The position numbers were made by a program, and so were the translations under genes. A stretch of 64,000 bases of DNA from a virus. Where the stretch lies: the IMG/VR virus record IMGVR_UViG_3300045988_163768. One strand, written 5' to 3'. Positions 1 through 10,686 of this stretch are shown in pieces (positions within the stretch are counted from its first letter, which is position 1; every line of letters begins with the position of its first letter). Under the pieces are notes generated by a model. That model was not told the DNA's origin and did not search any database. It saw only the letters and a program-made list of their open reading frames with translations.

Positions 1-159
1 GGAATGAATAAAATATGACAATAACTTATTATGATAAGTATGCAATTATCCCAAAAAGATGTAATAAATGTAATAGGCTTTTTCTTTTTGAAGGATATAA
101 TCTTTTCTATAGAGAGCTTGGTAGGGACTCTATAGAAATGATTAAATGTAAAAGATGTA

Positions 160-188
160 TTGACAATAATAAAAAAATATAATATAAT
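160..188 (+). promoter_or_regulatory. sigma-A type promoter TTGACA-17-TATAAT upstream of the DNA polymerase gene
   Basis: TTGACA at 160-165, 17-nt spacer, TATAAT at 183-188; followed by an AT-rich leader and a GGGG Shine-Dalgarno before the ATG at 272. Confidence 0.5.
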
Positions 189-271
189 ATAATATATTTT
201 AATAGTATAAATAATTTTATTTATTTAATTTAATAGAAATAGTATTATACAAATAAGCGGGGTTAATTAAA

Positions 272-3200
272 ATGAACTATACAGGCTCTTTACATAATCA
301 TACCCAAATGTCTAATTTTCGTTTAAGAGATTGTATTATTAAAGAAGAAGATTTAATTAACAGAGCCATTGAATTAGGTCATTCTGTTGTTGCAATAACA
401 GATCATGAGACTATTGCCTCTGCTGTTAAAATCTCTAAAATAAAAGACAAACTTAAAGACAAAATTAAAATTATTATGGGAAATGAAATTTATTTATGCA
501 GAGACGGCTTAAATAAAGATAATTTTATAACTGAGGAAGATAAGTATTATCATTTTGTATTATTAGCAAAAGATAAAATAGGCTTTCAACAAATTTGTGA
601 ATTATCTACGCGAGCATGGTTAAGAAGCTACAAAAGTAGAGGCATGCGTAGAGTTCCAACCTATTATAGAGATATAATAGAAATTATCGGTGCTAATCCA
701 GGTCATGTTGTTGCGAGTACTGCATGTTTGGGTGGATTTCTACCAACTAAATTACTTGAGTATAAGCAATCTAATGATGATAAATTATGGGAAAAAATTC
801 TTAATTGGTGTAAACTAATGTGTCATACCTTTGGCGGAAAAGATTATTTTTATCTTGAGCTACAGCCTTCTGCTTCAGTAGAACAAACTTATGTTAATTC
901 TAAACTTATAGATATATCAAGAGAATTAAATATAGATTATATAATAACTTGTGATACACATTATCTTAAAGCGGAAGATAGAGAAATACATAAAGCTTTC
1001 TTAAAAGCAAAAGAAGGAGAAAGAGAAGTAGATTCTTTTTACGCCACAACTTATTTAATGGATACAGAGGATTTAATCAAACATTTAAGTCTTACTTCTC
1101 AAGAGATAGAAAGAGGCTTTCATAACATCGAAAAAGTGAGAGATTTATGTGAAGACTTTGACATTAAAAAGCCTCTTAAAATTCCTACTTTGCAATGGAA
1201 TGATTATTCTTCTATTGAAGTAACTGAAGAATGGATTGATCGTATACCATTCTTTAAAACTTTTTTAGATTCTGATTATATTGGGGATAAAGTACTAGTA
1301 AAAGCAATAATTCATGGTATATTAACTCACCCTGATTTACAAAATAAAGAAGCTTATAATGAAATAAATAGTAATCTCGAAACTACGTGGTTATCTTCTA
1401 ATGTTAATAAAACGCATTGGTCAGCATATTATCTTAATCTTCAAAAAATTATAGATTTATGTTGGGAAGCGGGTTCCATAGTAGGTCCAGGAAGAGGCTC
1501 AGGGGTTGGTTTTATTTTGTTATATTGTTTAGGTATAACTCAAATTAACCCTTTAAGAGAAGAAACTAAATGTTATGCTTGGCGTTTCTTAAATCCAGAA
1601 AGAGTTTCTGTTCTGGACATAGATTTTGATATAGAGGGCGGACGTCGTCCACAGGTTTTAAATAAATTTAGAGAATTTTACGGTGAAGATAGGGTAGCAA
1701 ATGTTCTAACCTTTAGAACGGAAAAATCAAAAGCAGCTATTCTTACCGCTGCGAGAGGGTTAGGATATGATAATGATATAGCAAGTTATTTGGCATCTTT
1801 GATTCCTTCTGATAGAGGACAGCTTAGAACTTTAAAAGAAGTTTTTTATGGAAATAAGGAAAAAGATTTTAAACCTAATACAATATTTGTTAATGAGATG
1901 ACAAACAATTATCCCGATTTATGGGAAGTAGCTCAAGGAATTGAAGGACTCATATGCGGAACTGGTATTCATGCTGGCGGAGTAATTTTTGTAGATGAGC
2001 CTTTTACTAAATCTACTGCCTTAATGAGAGCACCGGATGGTACAATTACAACACAATTTGATCTCCATGATGCGGAGGAAGTAAGTCTAATAAAATATGA
2101 CGCTTTATCTGTAGAAGCTATGGACAAAATTCACGCTTGTCTAAATCTACTAATTGAGGATAAAAAGATTATTAAAAAACCTACTTTAAGAGAGACATAC
2201 GAAGAAGTTATAGGTGTATATAACATTGAAAGAGATGATTTAAAGATGTGGGAAATGGTGTGGAATCATAAAATCTTATCATTATTTCAGATGGAGCAAC
2301 AAAGCGGAATTCAAGGGATTAAATTAGCTAAGCCAAGATCAGTCAACGATTTAAGTGTACTTAATTCTGTTATTCGTTTAATGGCTCCTGACAAAAATAG
2401 TAAAACCCCTCTTGAAATGTGGGCAATTTATAGAAAAGACATTAATGTGTGGATAAGAGAAATGGAAAGGTATGGTTTATCAAAAGAAGAGATAAAGTGG
2501 CTTTCTAATCACTCAGCAATTACTAATGGAATATGCGAATCTCAAGAAGGATTGATGTCTTTAGTACAAGAGCCAAGACTAGGAGGGAATTCTCTTACTT
2601 TTGCTGACAAGTGTCGTAAAGGTATTGCTAAAAAACAGGGAAAACTCTTTCAAGAATGTGAAGATATTTTTTACGAAAATATTAAAAAAAATAATTGTTC
2701 AGAGACTTTAGCACATTATGTTTGGGATGTTTTACTTAAGGTACAGAGAGGATATTCTTTTAATCGAAGTCACTGTTTAGCGTATTCTTTGGTTGCTTTA
2801 CAAGAAATGAATTTGGCTTATAAATATCCAATTATATACTGGAATACAGCCTGTCTTATTGTAAATAGCGGGTCTATCGAAACATATAAAGAAAAAGATG
2901 ATGAAATTGAATATGAAATAACAGATGAAAGTGAAGAAAAGAAGAAAGAAAAAACAACAGATTATGCTAAAATGGCTCAAGCTTTAGGGGAAATAATTGA
3001 TAGAGGAATTAAGGTTTCCTTAGTTGATATAAATAAATCTGATTATAGTTTTAAACCAGATGCTGAAAATAACGAAATTCTTTTTGGAATGAAAGCATTG
3101 AGTAATGTAGGCACACCAATTATTGAGCAGATTTTTTCTGGTAGACCATATAAAAGTATTAAAGATTTTATGATAAGATGTCCTTTAAATAAATCTGCAA

Positions 3201-4186
3201 TGATTTCTTTAATAAAGAGCGGAGCCTTTGATAAACTAGAATTAGAATGGGCAAAAGAATTAAATGTTGAGCCAAGAGTGCTTGTAATGATATATTATTT
3301 ATCTGTTGTTAGCGAGCCAAAGAAAAGATTAACGCTACAAAACTTTAATGGTTTAATTCAAAAAGACTTAATTCCACCTTCTTTAGATAGTATGAAAAGA
3401 TTATTTTTCTTTAATAAATATCTAAAGACTGAGAAAAAAGTTGGAAAATATTATGTCTTTGATGATGCTTGTGAAAAATTCTACAATCAAAGGTATGATA
3501 TGGAAGATCTTGAAGTAATAAACGGATGCGTTTGTATTTTACAAAACAAATGGGATAAAAAGTATCAAAAAGGCATGGATAGAGCTAGAGACTGGCTTAA
3601 AGAAAATCAACAGACAGTATTAAAAGAATTTAATGAGGCTTTATTTCTTGACTCTTGGAATAAATATGCTAAAGGAAATATCTCAGCGTGGGAAATGGAA
3701 AGCTTATGTTTTTACTATCATCCGCATGAGTTAATAAATATTGATACTTCAAAATATGGAATTTCAGATTTCTCTAAATTACCCGAAGAGCCTGTTGTAG
3801 ATTATTTTTTCAAAAGAAATGGAAAAGAAATTCCTATTTACAAAACTTATAAAATCATTGGTACTGTAATTAGTAAAAATGATGCTCGTTCTTCAATATC
3901 ATTATTAACAACTTCTGGAGTTGTTAATGTAAAATTTACAAAAGATTATTTTGCTATGTTTGGAAGACAAATTTCTGAAAAACAAGAAGATGGAACTAAA
4001 AAAGTTATGGAAAAAGGCTGGTTTCAAAGAGGAACAAAAGTAATGTGTACTGGGTTTAGGCGTGGAGATACATTTCAGACTAAATCGTATAAACACACCC
4101 CTACCCATCAGCTCTACAAAATTATTGACGTTAATGGTTCAGATATGAAACTAGAGCATGTTAGATATGGTATGGAAGGAGAATAG
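272..4186 (+). CDS. dnaE: DNA polymerase III alpha subunit, DnaE-type, with N-terminal PHP domain
   Basis: 1304-aa ORF. PHP motifs (HNHT...ITDHET) at the N-terminus. GSGVGFILLYCLGITQINPL and RFLNPERVSVLDIDFDIE match conserved DnaE palm/finger motifs. No exonuclease domain is visible. Confidence 0.85.
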   Translation: MNYTGSLHNHTQMSNFRLRDCIIKEEDLINRAIELGHSVVAITDHETIASAVKISKIKDKLKDKIKIIMGNEIYLCRDGLNKDNFITEEDKYYHFVLLAKDKIGFQQICELSTRAWLRSYKSRGMRRVPTYYRDIIEIIGANPGHVVASTACLGGFLPTKLLEYKQSNDDKLWEKILNWCKLMCHTFGGKDYFYLELQPSASVEQTYVNSKLIDISRELNIDYIITCDTHYLKAEDREIHKAFLKAKEGEREVDSFYATTYLMDTEDLIKHLSLTSQEIERGFHNIEKVRDLCEDFDIKKPLKIPTLQWNDYSSIEVTEEWIDRIPFFKTFLDSDYIGDKVLVKAIIHGILTHPDLQNKEAYNEINSNLETTWLSSNVNKTHWSAYYLNLQKIIDLCWEAGSIVGPGRGSGVGFILLYCLGITQINPLREETKCYAWRFLNPERVSVLDIDFDIEGGRRPQVLNKFREFYGEDRVANVLTFRTEKSKAAILTAARGLGYDNDIASYLASLIPSDRGQLRTLKEVFYGNKEKDFKPNTIFVNEMTNNYPDLWEVAQGIEGLICGTGIHAGGVIFVDEPFTKSTALMRAPDGTITTQFDLHDAEEVSLIKYDALSVEAMDKIHACLNLLIEDKKIIKKPTLRETYEEVIGVYNIERDDLKMWEMVWNHKILSLFQMEQQSGIQGIKLAKPRSVNDLSVLNSVIRLMAPDKNSKTPLEMWAIYRKDINVWIREMERYGLSKEEIKWLSNHSAITNGICESQEGLMSLVQEPRLGGNSLTFADKCRKGIAKKQGKLFQECEDIFYENIKKNNCSETLAHYVWDVLLKVQRGYSFNRSHCLAYSLVALQEMNLAYKYPIIYWNTACLIVNSGSIETYKEKDDEIEYEITDESEEKKKEKTTDYAKMAQALGEIIDRGIKVSLVDINKSDYSFKPDAENNEILFGMKALSNVGTPIIEQIFSGRPYKSIKDFMIRCPLNKSAMISLIKSGAFDKLELEWAKELNVEPRVLVMIYYLSVVSEPKKRLTLQNFNGLIQKDLIPPSLDSMKRLFFFNKYLKTEKKVGKYYVFDDACEKFYNQRYDMEDLEVINGCVCILQNKWDKKYQKGMDRARDWLKENQQTVLKEFNEALFLDSWNKYAKGNISAWEMESLCFYYHPHELINIDTSKYGISDFSKLPEEPVVDYFFKRNGKEIPIYKTYKIIGTVISKNDARSSISLLTTSGVVNVKFTKDYFAMFGRQISEKQEDGTKKVMEKGWFQRGTKVMCTGFRRGDTFQTKSYKHTPTHQLYKIIDVNGSDMKLEHVRYGMEGE

Positions 4187-4187
4187 A

Positions 4188-4748
4188 ATGTCAAAATATA
4201 AAGTTCTTGCACTGTTCGGAAAGAGCGGTGCAGGAAAAGATACTATAAAAAAACGAATGTGTTGCAATCATTCAGAAATAAAAGAAATTATTAGTTGTAC
4301 TACTAGACCGCCAAGAGAATACGAAAGAGATGGCGTAGATTATTATTTTTTATATCGTGAGGATTTTGACAGACGAATTCGCAATAAAGATATAATAGAT
4401 GCAGTTTATTTTAAAAAATGGGTATATGGCACTTCTATCCAAGAGTTAGATAAAGATAAGATAAATGTAGGTGTTTTTAGTATCGCGGGAATTAGACAAC
4501 TATTGATAGATGAAAGAATAGAGGTACTACCAGTTTTAATAGAAGTGCCAGGAAAAGAAAGATTAAAAAGAGCTTTAAGAAGAGAATATAATCCAGATTG
4601 TAAAGAAATTTGTCGAAGGTTCCTTGCTGATGAAAGAGATTTTTCAGACATTAATTTTGAATATGTAACTTTTTATAATGAATCTGATTATGCCCCTAGT
4701 ATGTTTGACTCTTTTGAGCCTATTGTAGATTTTATGCATGGGCAATAA
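4188..4748 (+). CDS. guanylate-kinase-like nucleoside monophosphate kinase
   Basis: P-loop GKSGAGKDT plus SCTTRPPREYERDGVDYYF, which matches the guanylate kinase signature (TTR..R..E.dG.dY.F). GGAG Shine-Dalgarno before the ATG at 4188; the ORF-track start at 4158 overlaps the polymerase. Confidence 0.65.
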   Translation: MSKYKVLALFGKSGAGKDTIKKRMCCNHSEIKEIISCTTRPPREYERDGVDYYFLYREDFDRRIRNKDIIDAVYFKKWVYGTSIQELDKDKINVGVFSIAGIRQLLIDERIEVLPVLIEVPGKERLKRALRREYNPDCKEICRRFLADERDFSDINFEYVTFYNESDYAPSMFDSFEPIVDFMHGQ

Positions 4749-4821
4749 CTAATAATGTTTAATAAATAAAAATTATGTATATTATAAACCTTAAAATAAT
4801 AATATAATTAGGAGGATAATT

Positions 4822-7167
4822 ATGAAAATTATTAAAAGAAATGGAGAAACTGTTGCATTTGATCAAAATAAAATTATTGATGCAGTGTTATCTGCTTTTA
4901 AAGAAGTAGACGGAGATGTATCAGACTATGCTTATATTAAAGCTGGTAATATAGCAGACTATATACTAGAAACTTGTAAAGAGCGTGAGAAGCAAAACCA
5001 TTCTAATGATGAAAAAAATAACTCTTCTTATTTAACAGTAGAAGAAATTCAAGATTTAGTAGAAAATGGTCTTATGTCAACTAAACGAAAAGATGTTGCT
5101 AGAGCATATATTACATATAGATATAAAAAAAATATAAAAAGAAATCAAATGATGATTGCCAGTAAAATTAACGCGATAGATGTCCAAAATCAAAACGCAA
5201 ATGTGGATGAGCGTTCTTTTGGAGGTCGTATGGGAGAAGCCAGTGATGCTTTAATGAAACAATATGCTTTAGATTATTGCGTTTCAAATCTTTCTAAAAA
5301 AAATCATATTAATAATGAAATTTATATCCATGATTTAGGATCCTACGCTGTAGGTATGCATAATTGTTTAAGTATCCCTTTTGATAAATTACTAGCAGAA
5401 GGTTTTAATACCAGACAAGTAGACATTCGCCCTGCAAGAAGTTTAAGTACAGCTTTTCAATTAGTCGCGGTAATTTTTCAACTTCAATCTTTACAGCAAT
5501 TTGGAGGCGTTTCAGCGACTCATCTTGATTGGACTATGGTGCCATATGTAAGAAAAAGTTTCGTAAAACATTATCTAAATGGCTTATTTTATTGCGAGGA
5601 TGACGGATGGGCAGGTTTTAAAATAGAGGATATGCCTGAAGGTGTTTTTAAAAGACTTCAAAATAATTATAAAACAAAGGCAGAAAAACAGACAGTCGGA
5701 TCTAAAAAAGTAGATTCTCCTCATTGGATGGAAAAACAATCTATTGAAAGCGAATATTTTAAAGAATGTCCTAGAGCATATAGATATGCTTTAGATATGA
5801 CTAAAAAAGAATGTGAACAAGCAGTAGAGGGATTGTATCATAATTTAAATTCTCTCCAAAGTAGAAGTGGGAATCAGTTGCCTTTTACAAGTATTAATTA
5901 TGGAACTTGCACTTTACCAGAGGGAAGAATGATAATAAAAGCCTTATTACAAGGTTCTATTAATGGAGTAGGAAAACTACATAGAACTTCTATTTTTCCA
6001 TGCGGAATTTTTCAATGTATGAAAGGCGTCAATCGAGCTCCTGAAGATCCTAATTATGATTTATATAGACTTGCATTAAAAAGTACTGCCACTCGATTAT
6101 ACCCAAACTACGCAAATGTAGATTGGACTGGTAATGCAGGGTATAATAAAGACGATCCTAGCACTTATTTCTCAACGATGGGATGTAGAACTGCAAATGG
6201 TTGGGATATTAATGGATTAAATCAACTTAAGGATGGAAGAGGTAATATTTGTCCTGTGACAATCATTATGCCTACTTTAGCAATGGAAGTTAAAGAAACT
6301 AGTTTAAAAAATTCAGAGCCTTTTACAGAATATTTAGAAGGATTAGCCATTGATAATTTCTTAACTCTTTTAGATAAAAAAATAGATGAAGCAAAAGATA
6401 TGTTAATTGAACGCTTTGAGTGGATTTGCTCGCAATCTCCAGATTCCGCGAAATTTATGTATGAAAATGGAGTTATTGCAGGATACGTCCCAGAAGAGGG
6501 AATAAGAAGTGCTTTAAAGCATGGGACTCTTGCAATAGGTCAATTAGGCTTAGCGGAGACTTTACAATTATTAATTGGAAAAGATCACACTTCTCCAGAA
6601 GGTATGAAATTAGCAAAAAAGATTGAACAGCTATTTTCAGATAAATGCAATGAATTTAAGTGTAAATATCATCTTAATTTTGGAGTTTATTTTACTCCCG
6701 CAGAAAACTTATGCTATACTGCTATGAACAAATTTAAAGATAAGTATGGAGTAATAGAAAACGTAAGTGACAAAGATTTTTTCACAAATTCAATGCATGT
6801 GCCAGTATGGAAAGAAATGTCTCCTTTTGAAAAAATTGATATTGAATCTCAACTAACGGGGTATTCTTCTGCAGGTTGTATTACCTACGTTGAATTAGAT
6901 GGTGGGATAAAAAATAATCTTGATGCACTTGAAACAATAGTAAATTATGCCATGGATCACGACATTCCTTATTTCGCAGTGAATGTTCCTAACGACACTT
7001 GCTTAGACTGCGGTTTTACTGGAGAATTTGATAATAATTGTCCTATTTGCCATAGCAAAAATTTTCAAAGATTAAGACGTGTAACAGGATATTTAACAGG
7101 AGATTATTCAACTGCATTTAATCCTGGAAAGCAAGCAGAAGTAAAAATGAGAGTTCGTCATCGTTAG
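4822..7167 (+). CDS. nrdD: anaerobic ribonucleoside-triphosphate reductase (class III RNR)
   Basis: 781 aa with an N-terminal ATP-cone (KIIKRNGETVAFDQNKI). C-terminal Zn-ribbon CLDCGF...CPICHS followed by the glycyl-radical motif RRVTGYL. AGGAGG Shine-Dalgarno. Confidence 0.85.
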   Translation: MKIIKRNGETVAFDQNKIIDAVLSAFKEVDGDVSDYAYIKAGNIADYILETCKEREKQNHSNDEKNNSSYLTVEEIQDLVENGLMSTKRKDVARAYITYRYKKNIKRNQMMIASKINAIDVQNQNANVDERSFGGRMGEASDALMKQYALDYCVSNLSKKNHINNEIYIHDLGSYAVGMHNCLSIPFDKLLAEGFNTRQVDIRPARSLSTAFQLVAVIFQLQSLQQFGGVSATHLDWTMVPYVRKSFVKHYLNGLFYCEDDGWAGFKIEDMPEGVFKRLQNNYKTKAEKQTVGSKKVDSPHWMEKQSIESEYFKECPRAYRYALDMTKKECEQAVEGLYHNLNSLQSRSGNQLPFTSINYGTCTLPEGRMIIKALLQGSINGVGKLHRTSIFPCGIFQCMKGVNRAPEDPNYDLYRLALKSTATRLYPNYANVDWTGNAGYNKDDPSTYFSTMGCRTANGWDINGLNQLKDGRGNICPVTIIMPTLAMEVKETSLKNSEPFTEYLEGLAIDNFLTLLDKKIDEAKDMLIERFEWICSQSPDSAKFMYENGVIAGYVPEEGIRSALKHGTLAIGQLGLAETLQLLIGKDHTSPEGMKLAKKIEQLFSDKCNEFKCKYHLNFGVYFTPAENLCYTAMNKFKDKYGVIENVSDKDFFTNSMHVPVWKEMSPFEKIDIESQLTGYSSAGCITYVELDGGIKNNLDALETIVNYAMDHDIPYFAVNVPNDTCLDCGFTGEFDNNCPICHSKNFQRLRRVTGYLTGDYSTAFNPGKQAEVKMRVRHR

Positions 7168-7180
7168 GAGAAAAATAAAT

Positions 7181-7660
7181 ATGAAAATATCTGGAATTAT
7201 AAAAAATGATGTCGTGAATGGAATAGGGGTATGTGTTTCTCTATTTGTTCAAGGATGTCCACATCACTGCAAGGGGTGCTTCAATCCTCAAACTTGGAGC
7301 TTTTCTGGTGGAAAAGAAATAGAAAATCTAACTAAAACAATAATAGAAGCTATTAATGCCAATGGAGTCATGCGAAATTTTTCTATCTTGGGCGGAGAAC
7401 CTCTCTGCCCAGAGAATATTCCATTAGTTAAAAATATTATTCAAGAAGTAAGGAAAAAATATCCAAATATAAAAATTTTTTTATGGACTGGATATACTTT
7501 AAATCAGCTAGATATTAAAAATAATAAAGATTTAAAATATATATTATTAAATATAAACTATTTAATAGATGGACCTTTTATAGAAGAACAGAAAGATTAT
7601 TCTCTCTGGCTAAGAGGCAGCCGCAATCAACGAATATTAAAAAAAGGAATTGACTTTTAA
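7181..7660 (+). CDS. nrdG: anaerobic RNR activating enzyme (radical SAM)
   Basis: CPHHCKGC radical-SAM CxxxCxxC motif, about 159 aa, immediately downstream of nrdD. Confidence 0.8.
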   Translation: MKISGIIKNDVVNGIGVCVSLFVQGCPHHCKGCFNPQTWSFSGGKEIENLTKTIIEAINANGVMRNFSILGGEPLCPENIPLVKNIIQEVRKKYPNIKIFLWTGYTLNQLDIKNNKDLKYILLNINYLIDGPFIEEQKDYSLWLRGSRNQRILKKGIDF

Positions 7661-7695
7661 ATAAAAATATATTATAATAAATAAGGAGTAAAAAA

Positions 7696-8064
7696 ATGGG
7701 AGAAGTTAGTTTAGGAACTTTATACGATATTAACAAAAACCTTATGAAAAAAGAAAAAAAACTTTCTTATCCTGCTTTGACTAATAAATTAAAACAGGTA
7801 ACTAAATTTTTTAAAAATAATAAAATGTATTTTATGCTACTTTGCAATGAAGCAAAGGATTACACTATTTTTAAAATAAACAATCATGCTTCCGCGGAAA
7901 AGGCAGCAGAAGAATTAAAAGAGTGTTTGCTCAATAGAGGGGAAGTTTTAGATATTAGTAAAGTAGACGAAATACAAGAAGCTTTTGAAATTTGGATTAA
8001 AATGAATAATGATGCATATTGCTATTATTTATTTCCATATGATGAAGCTATTATAGAGGTGTAA
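7696..8064 (+). CDS. hypothetical protein
   Basis: 122-aa ORF with a GGAG Shine-Dalgarno; no recognisable motif. Confidence 0.4.
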   Translation: MGEVSLGTLYDINKNLMKKEKKLSYPALTNKLKQVTKFFKNNKMYFMLLCNEAKDYTIFKINNHASAEKAAEELKECLLNRGEVLDISKVDEIQEAFEIWIKMNNDAYCYYLFPYDEAIIEV

Positions 8065-8065
8065 T

Positions 8066-8323
8066 ATGAAAATAATTGGAATATTAAGACCTTTTGATTT
8101 GGAACAAAGCTTTTACGTTTATGAAAATGGTAATAAAATTGATATGGCTTATCCTACAATAGACGAGGTAAATGAAGTTATCTTTGCTTTTGTAGAAAAG
8201 TATAATATTACTCAGGTAGATTTGACTGGACCTAAGCAATATACAAAAGGCATTAGTAAAAAAATTAAAGAAGCAGAATTTTCTAAATATAATAAAAACT
8301 CAATTCAAATTAATTTAATTTAG
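8066..8323 (+). CDS. hypothetical protein
   Basis: 85-aa ORF tightly packed in the operon. Confidence 0.4.
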   Translation: MKIIGILRPFDLEQSFYVYENGNKIDMAYPTIDEVNEVIFAFVEKYNITQVDLTGPKQYTKGISKKIKEAEFSKYNKNSIQINLI

Positions 8324-8334
8324 GGAGAATTATA

Positions 8335-8586
8335 ATGAGATATTTAACAAAAGTAGTAGAAACATATAGATTAAGTAATGAAAGGGAAGTAGAAGATTTT
8401 CTTAAAGAATTAAAAGCCGATCCGCATTTTACGGTAGCTAAATATAGTAGTACCAAAAAAGAAAAAAAATCAAAAGGCGAAATAATTGATGAATGGATTC
8501 GTTTTGAAGTTGTAAAACTTTTTAATAATGAACAAGAGCCAGATAGTGAGATTGATATTGAATATACTAAAAAAGGAGCTTTTTAA
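8335..8586 (+). CDS. hypothetical protein
   Basis: 83-aa ORF with a GGGAG Shine-Dalgarno; its stop overlaps the next start (TAATG). Confidence 0.4.
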   Translation: MRYLTKVVETYRLSNEREVEDFLKELKADPHFTVAKYSSTKKEKKSKGEIIDEWIRFEVVKLFNNEQEPDSEIDIEYTKKGAF

Positions 8587-9029
8587 TGGCAAGTAAAGTA
8601 AAAATAAAACGTTTAAATGATTTAGCAAAAATTCCTACTCGCGGAAGTGAATATGCCGCAGGCTATGATTTATACGCGGCGACCGCGTATGATATAGAAA
8701 TTCCTCCTCATAAAACTGTAAAGATAGGTACGGGACTTGCTATTGAATTAGAGGAAAACACTTTTGGAGCCATTTTCGCGAGAAGCGGATTGGCTACAAA
8801 AAAAGGATTACGTCCAGCTAACTGTGTAGGTGCTTGTGACCCAGATTATCGGGGCGAATATATTGTAGCCGTTCATAATGATTCTGATAAAGCAATGGTA
8901 GTAGAGGCTGGAGAAAGAATAGCACAACTGATTATTATGCCTTTTATTCCAGCTACTTTTGAAGAGACTGACTCTCTCACAGATACCAGCAGAGGGGCAG
9001 GGGGCTTTGGTTCTACCGGTTCCAAATAA
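8586..9029 (+). CDS. dut: dUTP pyrophosphatase
   Basis: dUTPase motifs AAGYDLYA, RSGLATKKGL and DPDYRGEY. Confidence 0.8.
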   Translation: MASKVKIKRLNDLAKIPTRGSEYAAGYDLYAATAYDIEIPPHKTVKIGTGLAIELEENTFGAIFARSGLATKKGLRPANCVGACDPDYRGEYIVAVHNDSDKAMVVEAGERIAQLIIMPFIPATFEETDSLTDTSRGAGGFGSTGSK

Positions 9030-9037
9030 ATATTAAG

Positions 9038-9080
9038 TAGAGTATATAATATATATATTATTATATACTCTATTTTTTTT
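9038..9080 (+). terminator. rho-independent terminator after dut
   Basis: 13-bp stem TAGAGTATATAAT/ATTATATACTCTA followed by T8. Confidence 0.55.
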
Positions 9081-9093
9081 GTTTAAATAAAAT

Positions 9094-9122
9094 TTGACAG
9101 AGTTAGAATAATATGTTATAAT
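9094..9122 (+). promoter_or_regulatory. promoter TTGACA-17-TATAAT for the resolvase gene
   Basis: TTGACA at 9094-9099, TATAAT at 9117-9122. Confidence 0.5.
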
Positions 9123-9150
9123 TTAGATAGAAAAATAAAGGAGATTAAAT

Positions 9151-9645
9151 ATGAACATATTATCAATAGATGCAAGTTCCAAAAGTAGCGGATTTGCTAT
9201 TTTTGAAAATAATAAACTAACTTATCATACTTGTATTACGGCTTCTTCAAAAGATGTTATCGCAAGAATAAAAAAAATGATAGAAGGACTAATTGAAATT
9301 TTAAAGAAATATTCTATAGATAAAATTATTTTGGAGGAAGTTAGACCAGAAAATGGATTGCAAAATATTCAAACTCATCGTGTTTTGATGTGGCTTCAAG
9401 CAGCGATAGCTTTTACTGTACATGATAATTTTCCACAAATAAAAATTGAATATTTATACCCAAGTGAATGGCGTTCTGCATGTGGAATCCGCACAGGAAA
9501 AGGAATCAAAAGAGAAGAATTAAAGCTTGAAGATATTCGATTTGTAGAAGAAAAATTTAATATTAAAGTAAATGATGATGAAGCAGATGCTATAGGAATA
9601 GGTTATGCATATATTCTTTTAAATAATAAGATTATTTGGGAATAA
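9151..9645 (+). CDS. ruvC: RuvC-like Holliday junction resolvase
   Basis: N-terminal LSIDASSKSSGFAIF (catalytic Asp), LEEV, and C-terminal DDEADAIGIGYAY, which matches the RuvC DAADALAIA motif. Confidence 0.7.
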   Translation: MNILSIDASSKSSGFAIFENNKLTYHTCITASSKDVIARIKKMIEGLIEILKKYSIDKIILEEVRPENGLQNIQTHRVLMWLQAAIAFTVHDNFPQIKIEYLYPSEWRSACGIRTGKGIKREELKLEDIRFVEEKFNIKVNDDEADAIGIGYAYILLNNKIIWE

Positions 9646-9677
9646 AAAAATATGGGAGCTAAATAGCTCCCATTATT
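9643..9677. terminator. bidirectional terminator where the + replication module and the - structural module converge
   Basis: GGGAGCTAAATAGCTCCC hairpin at 9654-9671, flanked by an A-run on one side and a T-run on the other. Confidence 0.55.
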
Positions 9678-10221
9678 TATATCTACGACTAAGGTAATCA
9701 GAGATTTCACAGATACATTGATAATTATAATCATGTTCTTCTAAGATGTCCATTAATGTTTCTATATGCTTTATCTCTTGCATGACATCTTCTATCATTT
9801 TATGCACGATCTTTCTATCTTCTACATTTCTTTTCCATTGTAATAGATGTTCTAAAACTTCGCTTTCCCAATCAGCATATTGTTTCATAGATTCTTTCAC
9901 TAAAGAAATAATTTTTTCTTCAGATAAATCTTTATATAAATCCTCGTTTTCTTCCCAACGGTCAATACTTTTTGTTTTTAAGATTGGAAATTTTTTATAT
10001 TTCTCAATATATTTATGTTTTAAAAGCTCAAGAGTTTCAGTCTCTTCTTGTGATTGGTGGTAATGTAAAGCCTTAAATCCAGGTAATTTTAATAAATCAT
10101 ATAAGTCTGTTTCAAATAAATGAAACATTACTCCTTCTAAGTTCTGCTCCATCATCTTAACCATCATGTCCTCATTTGTATTTTCTTCTATTGTTGCTTT
10201 CGGAGATATTGTTTCTGCCAT
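9673..10221 (-). CDS. hypothetical acidic protein
   Basis: 182-aa ORF rich in Glu and Asp; last gene of the minus-strand block. Confidence 0.4.
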   Translation of the reverse strand: MAETISPKATIEENTNEDMMVKMMEQNLEGVMFHLFETDLYDLLKLPGFKALHYHQSQEETETLELLKHKYIEKYKKFPILKTKSIDRWEENEDLYKDLSEEKIISLVKESMKQYADWESEVLEHLLQWKRNVEDRKIVHKMIEDVMQEIKHIETLMDILEEHDYNYQCICEISDYLSRRYK

Positions 10222-10236
10222 AACATAGCCTCCTCA

Positions 10237-10686
10237 TTAACATAATTTAACTACAGTTATATTAGTATTAGAATAAATAGCTCCTACGCCAGTATTTAAT
10301 ACAGTTAGAGTAGTAGTATTATCAATAGAAGCACAAGAAGGTAAAACTTTAATAACAGTTGAAAAAGACATTCCATTAAAGTCTGTTACTGCCGCGGAAT
10401 TAGAACTACTTGTTGCTCCTTCTACATTAACTCCGTTCTTTTGTAATTGCATAGTAACAGTTCCCGCAGTTCCAGACTCTGCAGCGATAGCGTCTACACT
10501 GATTAGATAAACTCCTGGTTTCTTTAACTGAATTGAAGAAGAACCAGCAATGTAATTGATAGAACATCCATTTAAAATATTAATATTAGTAAATGGTAGA
10601 AGTTGTCCTGTTGTTAAAGTCTCATTTGCAGTAGATACAGCATTTAATACGCTTTTTTGATATGCTTTGTTTATTGTATATCCCAT
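10237..10686 (-). CDS. small TNF/C1q-like beta-sandwich protein, reminiscent of the BclA/ExsF C-terminal domain
   Basis: 149 aa, rich in Thr/Ser/Asn/Val. GVYLISVDAIAA...NTNITVVKLC resembles the GIYQISYTLTIS...TIVRL pattern of exosporium BclA/BxpB jelly-roll domains. AGGAAA Shine-Dalgarno. Confidence 0.3.
   Translation of the reverse strand: MGYTINKAYQKSVLNAVSTANETLTTGQLLPFTNINILNGCSINYIAGSSSIQLKKPGVYLISVDAIAAESGTAGTVTMQLQKNGVNVEGATSSSNSAAVTDFNGMSFSTVIKVLPSCASIDNTTTLTVLNTGVGAIYSNTNITVVKLC

Noticed and set aside
2798-2980. Antisense small ORFs inside the polymerase gene (2798-2980, 3905-4108) and inside guanylate kinase (4406-4651)
   Set aside because: They lie fully inside well-supported long genes on the opposite strand, are low-complexity Phe/Ile-rich, and are typical AT-rich antisense artefacts.
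272-4186. PolC-type (Gram-positive replicative) polymerase call
   Set aside because: There is no internal exonuclease domain and the PHP domain is N-terminal, which fits DnaE-type rather than PolC.
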